Shown here piece after piece: positions 10,430-18,326 of a stretch of 64,000 nt of DNA. The notes under the pieces are model-generated. The model was given only the letters and a program-made list of their open reading frames with translations. It did not search any database and was not told the DNA's origin. Within the stretch, counting starts at the first letter, position 1; the number at the start of each line of letters is the position of its first letter. The position numbers were made by a program, and so were the translations under genes. The stretch comes from a bacterium (lineage in GTDB: Bacteria; Zhuqueibacterota; Zhuqueibacteria; Residuimicrobiales; Krinioviventaceae). The DNA is taken from contig CAXXFV010000023.1 of assembly GCA_963674595.2 (NCBI GenBank), positions 320,001 to 384,000 of the forward strand, written 5' to 3'.

Positions 10430-10467
10430 AAAGGCAAGTTCGTTTTGGGTCGGCTTGCCTTTTTTTT
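10430..10467 (+). terminator. Intrinsic terminator of the cobalamin operon
   Basis: AAAGGCAAGT / GCTTGCCTTT stem followed by a T tract just after the stop at 10417. Confidence 0.75.
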
Positions 10468-10506
10468 CCCCCCCTGTATTCGATTTCAGGTTTTAACTTT
10501 TAGTTG

Positions 10507-10546
10507 AAAAAAATCCCATCTGCCAAAACAGCAGATGGGATTTTTT
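10507..10546 (-). terminator. Intrinsic (bidirectional-type) terminator of the minus-strand TBDR
   Basis: AAAAAATCCCATCTGC-loop-GCAGATGGGATTTTTT perfect inverted repeat just past the receptor stop at 10554. Confidence 0.85.
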
Positions 10547-10553
10547 ATATGAA

Positions 10554-12896
10554 CTAGAATAAAGTTTGTAAACCAAAGTAAAGTGTCCTTGGGCGAATAG
10601 GACCATAGGTATAAGCCGGGTCCCGGTCCGGACCTTTATCCAGATCGTCCTGATAAGCATTTGTGATATTTCGAACACCAAAATTTAATTTTGTTTCCAT
10701 TCCATGGTTTATCGGTAATTTTATGGTTGCCCCAAGATCGATTTGGAAAAAGCTGTCGCTTTCAATCAGCAATAACTCTGGATCATCCTGGCCTTCTATA
10801 GCCACTTCGTGGGGTAGGTCTGCTTTGCCGATATAATTTCCTCCGATAAACACACTAAAACGGTCAACAGGATCAACCGTAAAACGAATATTTCCAGTTA
10901 AATCCGGTGTACGTAAGAAATTGGTTGTGCCAAAATCTTCATTCGGTGTGTCATACTCGCTCTTTTTATAAGTAAAACCGGCACGGGTCTCCAGTATGGG
11001 GACCGGACGAATTCCCAAATCAAGTTCAACGCCTTTAATTTGAGCGCCATCACTATTGATGCGTTCCCAGTATTCAATAACGCCTTGTTTGGAAACAAAT
11101 GTTTCTGTAAATCCATCATCAAGGGTTGTGTTGAAACCGGTCATTGTAATCATAACCGGAATATGATTGTATATGCCTTTAAATTCAAGTCCGGCAGAAT
11201 AGGAATAACTTTTTTCTTCTTTCAAGTCGTCGGAATTTCTGATGATTCGCTGGTCGCCTTCAATACCGCATAAATGTAAATCTTCATCATAGGTTTGTGG
11301 CGGTTTAAAACCTGTTGTAAAGGCAGCTCTTGCTGTAAATCCTTTACCGATATCGAATTTTCCGTTGACTCTCGGACTCCATATCCAGTTTTTTAACTCA
11401 GAATGTTTGTCGGCTCTTACACCAATAACAAACTCTATTTGCTCATGGCTTCCAAAATGAATATTGTCTTGGAGAAAGATTCCTGTGTTTTTATATGTTT
11501 CGTCAATGTAATACGTTGTTTCTGCTGCAGTTTTATCTTCGAGCTTGTCAAGTGTGTGCTGAAAACCCAGAGTCATCAGTTGACCGGCAAGTCGATAATT
11601 TAACTGGCCTCCGAAAAAATGAAGAGGATTGTTGGTCCTTCCATAAAAAGCCAAAGCATCAAGCTGGTCCTGGTCAGTGTCTCCCCCTAGACCACCAAAA
11701 TACGACTTGCGTTTTTCAATGGAAAAAGAGTAATAGAGTCTGTAATCAAGCAATGAGGAAGGACGATGGTTCCAGCGAATGCTCCCGCCAGACCGCCAGT
11801 GTTCAAGCCATTCAGCAATTTCTGCTTCATGTACAGGTAGATGAAAGTTGTTACCACCACGACGTTCTTCGTGAATACGGTGGAAGGAGGTTACAAATTC
11901 ACCTGTTTTAATAGGTTGATAATACCATTTGAACCCTATGGACTCATTTAACAGTTCACCCAATTCGCTATAGCCGTCTCCATTATGATCATAGGGATTT
12001 CGTTTGCGAAAAGAGCCGAACACATAAGCCCCGGATGTACCTTTTTCATTGACTGTTTCTGCTACAGCACCAACACGCTGGTCCGGTAAACCATTTGATG
12101 AATTGTTCAAATATTTAATTCGTACCTGGTTCATAATGGGTTTACGGGTGATCATATTAATAACGCCGGCAACCGCACCGGCACCGTATAATGAAGAACC
12201 ACCACCTTTAACGATTTCAATTTGGTCAACCATCTCTTCCGGAAAATGTTCCAGACCGTATACACTGGCAAGACTGCTGACAAGCGGATCACCATCAATA
12301 AGAATTTGTGAATACTTGCCGTCCATACCTAAAATACGTACCTGAGAAAAGTTACAGTTTGAACAATTGTTCTCAACACGAACACCCGTCTGAAATTCGA
12401 GTGCTTCAGCCAGGTTACTGGCTTGTTTTTGCTCTATAATATGCCTTGGAATAACTTCGGTGCGTACCGGCATATCTTCTACCAGGTGCGGGGTTGCTGT
12501 ACCGGTTACAACCAGGGCGCCCATTTCAAGGGCTGTCTGCTCCAGCTCAAAATCGACAACAAGTGATTCATTTGCTTTCAGGACAACAGTTTGATGGACC
12601 GTTTGATATCCTATCATTGAAGCTGTTAAATGAATTTTCCCGGATGGTACGGATGTAATAAGATATGCACCTTTGTCATTAGCTGCTGCACCATTTGTTG
12701 TATGATGGATTATAATATTTGCACCGGGTAATGGTTCTTTTGTGTCGGCGTCATATACCGTACCGCTGATTTTTCCTTTAAGATGATTTGCATTGTTACG
12801 CCCTTGATGTCTGCCATGCCTTTGTCCTTCTGCAAATGCAACGCTGCTTATTACAAGTGATAAAAGTAGTATAATATATAAAAATAGTTTTTTCAT
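10554..12896 (-). CDS. TonB-dependent receptor with NCxNC plug motif, probable transition-metal (Ni/Co/Zn) uptake
   Basis: Signal peptide (AFA|E), His-containing N-terminus, carboxypeptidase-regulatory-like domain, plug ENNCSNCNFSQVRILG...GGGSSLYGAGAVAGVIN, loop YDEDLHLCG, C-terminal Phe. The substrate is inferred. Confidence 0.88.
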   Translation of the reverse strand: MKKLFLYIILLLSLVISSVAFAEGQRHGRHQGRNNANHLKGKISGTVYDADTKEPLPGANIIIHHTTNGAAANDKGAYLITSVPSGKIHLTASMIGYQTVHQTVVLKANESLVVDFELEQTALEMGALVVTGTATPHLVEDMPVRTEVIPRHIIEQKQASNLAEALEFQTGVRVENNCSNCNFSQVRILGMDGKYSQILIDGDPLVSSLASVYGLEHFPEEMVDQIEIVKGGGSSLYGAGAVAGVINMITRKPIMNQVRIKYLNNSSNGLPDQRVGAVAETVNEKGTSGAYVFGSFRKRNPYDHNGDGYSELGELLNESIGFKWYYQPIKTGEFVTSFHRIHEERRGGNNFHLPVHEAEIAEWLEHWRSGGSIRWNHRPSSLLDYRLYYSFSIEKRKSYFGGLGGDTDQDQLDALAFYGRTNNPLHFFGGQLNYRLAGQLMTLGFQHTLDKLEDKTAAETTYYIDETYKNTGIFLQDNIHFGSHEQIEFVIGVRADKHSELKNWIWSPRVNGKFDIGKGFTARAAFTTGFKPPQTYDEDLHLCGIEGDQRIIRNSDDLKEEKSYSYSAGLEFKGIYNHIPVMITMTGFNTTLDDGFTETFVSKQGVIEYWERINSDGAQIKGVELDLGIRPVPILETRAGFTYKKSEYDTPNEDFGTTNFLRTPDLTGNIRFTVDPVDRFSVFIGGNYIGKADLPHEVAIEGQDDPELLLIESDSFFQIDLGATIKLPINHGMETKLNFGVRNITNAYQDDLDKGPDRDPAYTYGPIRPRTLYFGLQTLF

Positions 12897-12906
12897 TATT
12901 TATGTT

Positions 12907-12963
12907 CCTCTGGTTTAAATCCTTTTCTTACGTTAATTAATACAAAAAGTGGCTCACCAGAGG
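12907..12963 (-). promoter_or_regulatory. SD-sequestering hairpin (translational attenuator) of the TBDR
   Basis: Perfect 8-bp inverted repeat CCTCTGGT (12907-12914) / ACCAGAGG (12956-12963). On the mRNA, the last Pro codon of RAPP plus the next codons pair with the receptor SD (GAGGA, 12906-12910). An inner CUUUUU/GAAAAG stem extends it. Confidence 0.65.
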
Positions 12964-13308
12964 GGGCGCGCGGGTGTGGTACCTGAAGCATGGATTTATG
13001 CTCAAGTAGTAACATTTATACTTGAAAATTGAAAAGAATAAAATAATAAATAACAGGACTTTAATGCCAATTAAAAGATGAGACATTATATTGGTAATAA
13101 ATTCCCAATAATAAAGTTTGAATTCGGAATGCGTATGTGCTGGTGTTGAATTGTTTGCACCATCCTTTTGAAATGGATGAGCGTGAAAAACAAACTGGTT
13201 ATATATGTTTTTATGAAGATGTCCATTGACAGCATAATTTGACAACAGGGCCAATAACTGTATTAATAGAACAATTGAGAGAAATGATTTTATAAAAATT
13301 GATCTCAT
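12937..13308 (-). CDS. His-rich two-TM leader protein ending in RAPP (putative metal-sensing ribosome-arrest uORF)
   Basis: Hydrophobic N-terminus, NGHLH...HAHPF...HTH, second TM, C-terminal HTRAPPLVSHFLY; stop 40 nt upstream of the TBDR start. Confidence 0.8.
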   Translation of the reverse strand: MRSIFIKSFLSIVLLIQLLALLSNYAVNGHLHKNIYNQFVFHAHPFQKDGANNSTPAHTHSEFKLYYWEFITNIMSHLLIGIKVLLFIILFFSIFKYKCYYLSINPCFRYHTRAPPLVSHFLY

Positions 13309-13448
13309 AATTGTACGATTTTTATGATCAGTAAAAAGTTAGCTGGAATATCTATAGCAATAGACTAAAAATATAGAATATTGTTTTTAATGAACATACC
13401 AAGGCTATTTAAGCTGGTAAGAGCATTTATTTATTTTAAGTTGAAATG

Positions 13449-13826
13449 TTAAAAGGAAAAGAATAAAGGGGGACCGCGTAGGCTAAAACATAAAATATAA
13501 GAAGAAGGTGTTAAAGTACGTTGTTTAGCCGAGTATGAACGGTTGATTGTGAGAAAAATAATAAAAAGAATAAATAAAACAATAAAAGCCAAAAGATTTG
13601 TGATAAACTGATAAAAAAGAAACTGGGCTTGTGTATGCGTATGTTTGTTTTGGAAAGGTATTGTTGATCTGTCTTCATGTGAAGAAAACGGATGAGCGTG
13701 AAAAATAACAATACCATTTTCATTTTTGTGAAAATGGCCATTCATAACATTATTGTAACACAACAATAATGTCACGAAAATCATAAATAAAGCTGTTAAT
13801 TTTTTTATGTAATTAAATTGTACCAT
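13449..13826 (-). CDS. Second, paralogous His-rich two-TM leader protein ending in RGPP
   Basis: Same architecture: NGHFH...HAHPF...HTH, TM, LRGPPLFFSF; SD AAAGGA upstream of the ATG. Confidence 0.8.
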   Translation of the reverse strand: MVQFNYIKKLTALFMIFVTLLLCYNNVMNGHFHKNENGIVIFHAHPFSSHEDRSTIPFQNKHTHTQAQFLFYQFITNLLAFIVLFILFIIFLTINRSYSAKQRTLTPSSYILCFSLRGPPLFFSF

Positions 13827-13851
13827 ATTTCCTTTCTATAACGTGATTAGA

Positions 13852-13880
13852 AAGATAAAAATAAACAGAGTGATTGTCAA
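13852..13880 (-). promoter_or_regulatory. Sigma70-type promoter for the uORF-uORF-TBDR unit
   Basis: Minus strand TTGACA (13880-13875), 17 bp spacer, TATCTT (13857-13852), 25 nt upstream of the first uORF start. Confidence 0.7.
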
Positions 13881-14146
13881 TATTTATCTTTCAAGCTCTT
13901 TTGTTTATGTTTAGGGCATTCGTTAAAGTTCAAAAAGAATTTAATGATTTTGTGTTGTGTTTTTTTATGTCTGAATGGGCATTTATCATTTAATAATTAT
14001 AGACATAACATGACTAATTTGTAATATAGTATTTACAATTGCCGGTAGTTCATTAAAAATAGTGATTTAAATGTATATATCGTAATTTATTGTTTTAATT
14101 GTACTTTTCCTTTAAACATTTTTTTTGAAAAAAAATTGGAAAAGAC

Positions 14147-14175
14147 TTGACTTTATTGTCAATCATTTGTATAAT
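14147..14175 (+). promoter_or_regulatory. Sigma70-type promoter of the regulator / glycan locus
   Basis: TTGACT (14147-14152), 17 bp spacer, TATAAT (14170-14175). Confidence 0.8.
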
Positions 14176-14188
14176 TGTAATAACAATT
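14173..14188. promoter_or_regulatory. Putative GntR/AraR-type operator
   Basis: Palindrome AATTGT-AATA-ACAATT overlapping the -10/+1 region; same length and TTGT-N4-ACAA core as the Bacillus AraR operator. Confidence 0.65.
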
Positions 14189-14206
14189 AAAGCGAATGGA
14201 AAGAAT

Positions 14207-15313
14207 ATGAATATTGATAAAAACAGTCCTGTTCCTCAATATTATCAATTAGAGACATGGTTGGAAGAGCAAATTGATCAGGGTATTTTCAGGGAAGATG
14301 AAAAGATACCAACAGAGGAAGAGCTGGCACGTATGACTGGTCTTTCCCGTCCCACCATTAGGCATGCCATTCAGAATTTAGTAAATAAGGGATATTTGTC
14401 CAGAAGGCGCCGGTTAGGTACTTTTGTCAATAAGAAATTTTTAACGTCATCTACGCAAAACATATTAGGAATTCTGGTAAATTTTTATAAAAGTGGATAC
14501 GCCACGGAATTGATCCGGGGAGCTGGAGACGCCTCGGCAAAGGAGAATTATAGCCTTGTTTTATGTAATACCGATGATTCCTATGTTATGGCAGATATGC
14601 ATATAGATAGATTGTTAGAGCAAGGAATTCGGGGCGTTATTTTTGTTCCTACAGCCGCTTCAGATGAAAAGAATATATTACTTGTCCAGAAATTGCTAAG
14701 AAAAGGTGTCAAAGTTATAATAGCAGACCGTCACATTCCCGGTGTCGATATAGATAATGTCATTACGGACAATTTCTGGGGAGCCTATAATATAACCAAC
14801 TATTTAATTTCAAAGGGGCACCACAAGATTGCAATACCAATAACCACCCTGTTTAATACGGCCCGTGAGCGATTGGAAGGTTATAAACAAGCGTTAAAGG
14901 ATGCCAATATATCTATTGATCCTTCATTGATATTTTTAAATAACGAACGTTTTACGGATACATCATATTATGAATATGCGACACTTGTATTTAATACAAG
15001 GAACAAGTTTTCATCTATTTTTGCCAGCGATGACAAAATGGCCCATATTTTTTTCTCGGTTGCACGGCAAATGAATATCCGAATACCGGAGGATATTTCT
15101 CTTGTTGGGTATGATGATCTGCCCTGTTCATCGCCGGAATTTTTCGACTTGACCACCGTGCATCAACCTATTTATGAAATGGGTCAAAAGAGTACAGAGA
15201 TTTTATTAAGTCGTATAAATGGAAATAATGAAAAGACGCAGCAACTTACACTAAAATCATATTTAGCCGAAAGGCGTTCTGTTTTACCTCAAAAATATTA
15301 TAAACGTAAATAA
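14207..15313 (+). CDS. AraR-type transcriptional regulator (GntR winged HTH fused to LacI-type sugar-binding domain)
   Basis: PVPQYYQL...KIPTEEEL...SRPTIRHAIQNLVNKG...GTFV, then DNFWGAY, RLEGY, IPEDISLVGYDD, LTTVHQP. Start moved to ATG 14207 because the track's TTG at 14147 is the -35 box. Confidence 0.93.
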   Translation: MNIDKNSPVPQYYQLETWLEEQIDQGIFREDEKIPTEEELARMTGLSRPTIRHAIQNLVNKGYLSRRRRLGTFVNKKFLTSSTQNILGILVNFYKSGYATELIRGAGDASAKENYSLVLCNTDDSYVMADMHIDRLLEQGIRGVIFVPTAASDEKNILLVQKLLRKGVKVIIADRHIPGVDIDNVITDNFWGAYNITNYLISKGHHKIAIPITTLFNTARERLEGYKQALKDANISIDPSLIFLNNERFTDTSYYEYATLVFNTRNKFSSIFASDDKMAHIFFSVARQMNIRIPEDISLVGYDDLPCSSPEFFDLTTVHQPIYEMGQKSTEILLSRINGNNEKTQQLTLKSYLAERRSVLPQKYYKRK

Positions 15314-15597
15314 GTATTTAATATAATATTTTTATAACCTAATCATTGAACTGTTGTTTTTTTGTTAAAAGACAGATTTAAAAATGATTTTCAGATCAAA
15401 CACCTATAGCATTCCTTTTTTTAAATTATTATTTAAGATATTTATATCACAATGATATTTCTTTATGTCGGTGTGGCACTAGAAATTTAATTGGCTAATA
15501 AAAGTTAGAATAGCAATAACACGTTTTTTTTGACAAAAGATTTTATTAACACATATAAGATATTTAACTAATTGATTGATTTGGTAAAGGATTTGTT

Positions 15598-18276
15598 ATG
15601 CGAAAAATCAAGGTATTTTTATTATTTATTCTTTTTTTGGTATTGTTTTCAGAATTGCACGCAGGGGTTACCGGAAAAATTGCGGGTCGAATCGTAGACC
15701 GTGAAACAGGGGAGCCGATTCCCGGAACAAATATTGTTTTAGAGGGAACGTCGCTTGGTGCTTCTGCTGATTTGGAGGGATATTATTTTATAATCAATAT
15801 TCCGCCTGGCCGTTACAATGTAGTATTTCGGTGTATGGGTTATACCACACAAAAGTTTGAAGAGATTAGAGTGAATGTAGATGTTACCAATACGATAAAT
15901 GTCAAGCTTGAGCCTACGATTATAGATGGTCAGGAAGTGACCATAGTAGCAGAGAGGACACTTATTCAAAAGGATTTAACCTCTACGTCCGCCCGTGTTT
16001 CAAGTGATGACATCGAGTTGTTGCCATTGGAAAGTGTCGGAGAGGTTGTAAATCTTCAGGCTGGTGTTGTAGACGGCCATTTTAGGGGCGGACGACTCGG
16101 TGAAGTAACGTATTTGATAGATGGTGTTTCAGTAAACGATGCTTATGATGGCGCTCAAATGATTAACCTGGAGCCTAACGCAATTGCAGAAGTTGAGGTT
16201 ATAAGTGGAACGTTTAATGCGGAATATGGGCAGGCAATGTCCGGTGTCGTTAATATTGTTTCCAAAGAGCCGGAACAAAGAATAAACGGTCAGTTTTCTG
16301 CATATACAGGAGCCTATCTAAGTAATCGTAAGACACCATTTGCCACAAAAAGTGGAGATGCTACGAAAAGGGATGATTTTGGCCAGGAAGAGCTTTCCTA
16401 TTTTGATATTGCTGGTTTGGGTGATGTTTATGATGTTCAGGGGAATTTGACCGGGCCGCTTTATAAGGACAAGTTGTTCTTTTTTAGTTCAGTACGATAT
16501 AACAAAGATGACGGTTACTATTATGGGCGGAGGTTGTTTAGTCCCGGAGATTCATCATCTTTTATGGGAGATCGTGAAGATTGGGAGATTGAGGCGACCG
16601 GAGATGGTGAATTGGTTCCAATGAACTGGAAAAAGGCGCTGAGTTTTACCGGTAAGCTTATAGCCAAGCCTTTTTCAGGCCACAAGATTACGTATAATTT
16701 TATATATGATGATGATGAAAATCAGAATTTCACACACAAGTACAAATACAATCCGGATGGCCGTCCAACCAACTATGGTAAGAGTTTTTCACACATGTTT
16801 CACTATGATTATGTAATAAATCAAAATGGTTTTATAAATTTCAAATTTGCGAATTTTAAAAAGGATTATAAAACATACCTGTATGAAAATCCTTATGACC
16901 TGAGATATGTTCCGGATACCCGGTTTAGTATTGGTTCGGGACCAACTTTTTATATGGCGGGCACAAATATGAGTCATTCCTACCGTTCTTCCCTTAGCAC
17001 GGTGGCGAAAGCAGATTTGACCTATCAGGTAGACCGGTATAATCAGATTAAGGTGGGTGTACAGGCCCAGGCGCATGAAATAAACGTACACAGTTATTCG
17101 ATTAGGTTGGACCGTCAAACAAACTGGCTGCCACGACCGATAGAGAAAGAGAGTCCTAATTACGTACAATATACAAAAAAGCCTGTAGAATTTAGCGCCT
17201 ATATTCAGGATCGTATTGAATGGTCTTATTTCATTATGAATGTTGGCTTACGTTATGACAGATTTGAGCCGAGAAGTGTCATACCTACGGATTTAAATGA
17301 TCCTTCCAACAGTGAAAAGGTCGATGCCAAGGTAAAAAGCCAGTTTAGTCCCCGTTTTGGTATAGCTGTACCCATTACTGAGCATAGTGTGCTGCACCTT
17401 TCCTATGGTTTGTTTTTTCAGATGCCTTCTTTAAACGCTCTTTATTTAAATCCGGACTTTAGAATTCCTGTTGCTTCCTACTCACAGATCGGTAATAGTG
17501 ATCTGCAACCACAAAAAACGGCAACATACGAAATAGGCCTGCAGCACGAGGTTACCAAAGATGTCGCGCTGGAATTGACGACTTATTATAAGGACATTAG
17601 AAATCTTTTGGGAATGGAATCATATACTATGTATGAGACATTTACCCAATATGCCAGATATGTAAACAGGGATTATGGTCAGGTGTTTGGTTTTACTGTT
17701 TCATTGGAACAACGAAGTAGTGATTTTTTAACCACCTCTGTTGATTATACCTATATGCTGGCAGAAGGAAATGCTTCCGATCCCAAGGATGTGTATTTAA
17801 AAAGTGTAACAAGTCCTCCAACAGAAGTTACAAAGCAGCTTATTCCATTGGACTGGGACCGAACACACAGTTTAAACATAACAGCAACGGCCCATGACCG
17901 AGATCGCTGGAATTTGGGACTGATTGGAACATTTGCTTCGGGTGTTCCCTATACGGCTGAAAAGAATGACAATTATTTTGGTCCGGCAAATAGCGAGCGG
18001 AAACCATTTTTTGTTAGTTTTGATTTAAATTTTTCGGTATCGTTTAAACTTGCCAAGATGAAGGCAACGTTTTTCTCCAATATGTATAATATATTTGATA
18101 TAGAAAATGATATACAAATATATACGGATAGCGGTAATGCAAGTTATACAAGAAGCATGAGCACAAAAACAGATGATATGATAACCGGAATTAATACAAT
18201 CAGGGATTATTATTATCGTCAGGATTACCGAAGCGCTCCGAGAAAAGTTGTTTTAGGTATACAGGTTGAATTTTAA
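15598..18276 (+). CDS. TonB-dependent receptor (non-SusC type) heading the glycan locus
   Basis: Signal peptide, AGVTGKIAG carboxypeptidase-regulatory-like domain, HFRGGR...YLIDG, SGTFNAEYGQAMSGVVN plug, FSPRFG, LDWDRTH, C-terminal GIQVEF. Confidence 0.92.
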   Translation: MRKIKVFLLFILFLVLFSELHAGVTGKIAGRIVDRETGEPIPGTNIVLEGTSLGASADLEGYYFIINIPPGRYNVVFRCMGYTTQKFEEIRVNVDVTNTINVKLEPTIIDGQEVTIVAERTLIQKDLTSTSARVSSDDIELLPLESVGEVVNLQAGVVDGHFRGGRLGEVTYLIDGVSVNDAYDGAQMINLEPNAIAEVEVISGTFNAEYGQAMSGVVNIVSKEPEQRINGQFSAYTGAYLSNRKTPFATKSGDATKRDDFGQEELSYFDIAGLGDVYDVQGNLTGPLYKDKLFFFSSVRYNKDDGYYYGRRLFSPGDSSSFMGDREDWEIEATGDGELVPMNWKKALSFTGKLIAKPFSGHKITYNFIYDDDENQNFTHKYKYNPDGRPTNYGKSFSHMFHYDYVINQNGFINFKFANFKKDYKTYLYENPYDLRYVPDTRFSIGSGPTFYMAGTNMSHSYRSSLSTVAKADLTYQVDRYNQIKVGVQAQAHEINVHSYSIRLDRQTNWLPRPIEKESPNYVQYTKKPVEFSAYIQDRIEWSYFIMNVGLRYDRFEPRSVIPTDLNDPSNSEKVDAKVKSQFSPRFGIAVPITEHSVLHLSYGLFFQMPSLNALYLNPDFRIPVASYSQIGNSDLQPQKTATYEIGLQHEVTKDVALELTTYYKDIRNLLGMESYTMYETFTQYARYVNRDYGQVFGFTVSLEQRSSDFLTTSVDYTYMLAEGNASDPKDVYLKSVTSPPTEVTKQLIPLDWDRTHSLNITATAHDRDRWNLGLIGTFASGVPYTAEKNDNYFGPANSERKPFFVSFDLNFSVSFKLAKMKATFFSNMYNIFDIENDIQIYTDSGNASYTRSMSTKTDDMITGINTIRDYYYRQDYRSAPRKVVLGIQVEF

Positions 18277-18326
18277 GTGTATTATTTAATTTAGGAATTG
18301 AGTTAAAACGCAAGGGAATTTTAATT

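Noticed and set aside
14147-14206. ORF-track N-terminal extension of the regulator from TTG 14147
   Set aside because: That TTG is the -35 hexamer of a near-consensus promoter; the protein more plausibly starts at ATG 14207.
15530-15559. TTGACA followed by TATAAG as an internal promoter for the glycan TBDR
   Set aside because: 18-bp spacing and an imperfect -10 in very AT-rich DNA; chance occurrence cannot be excluded.
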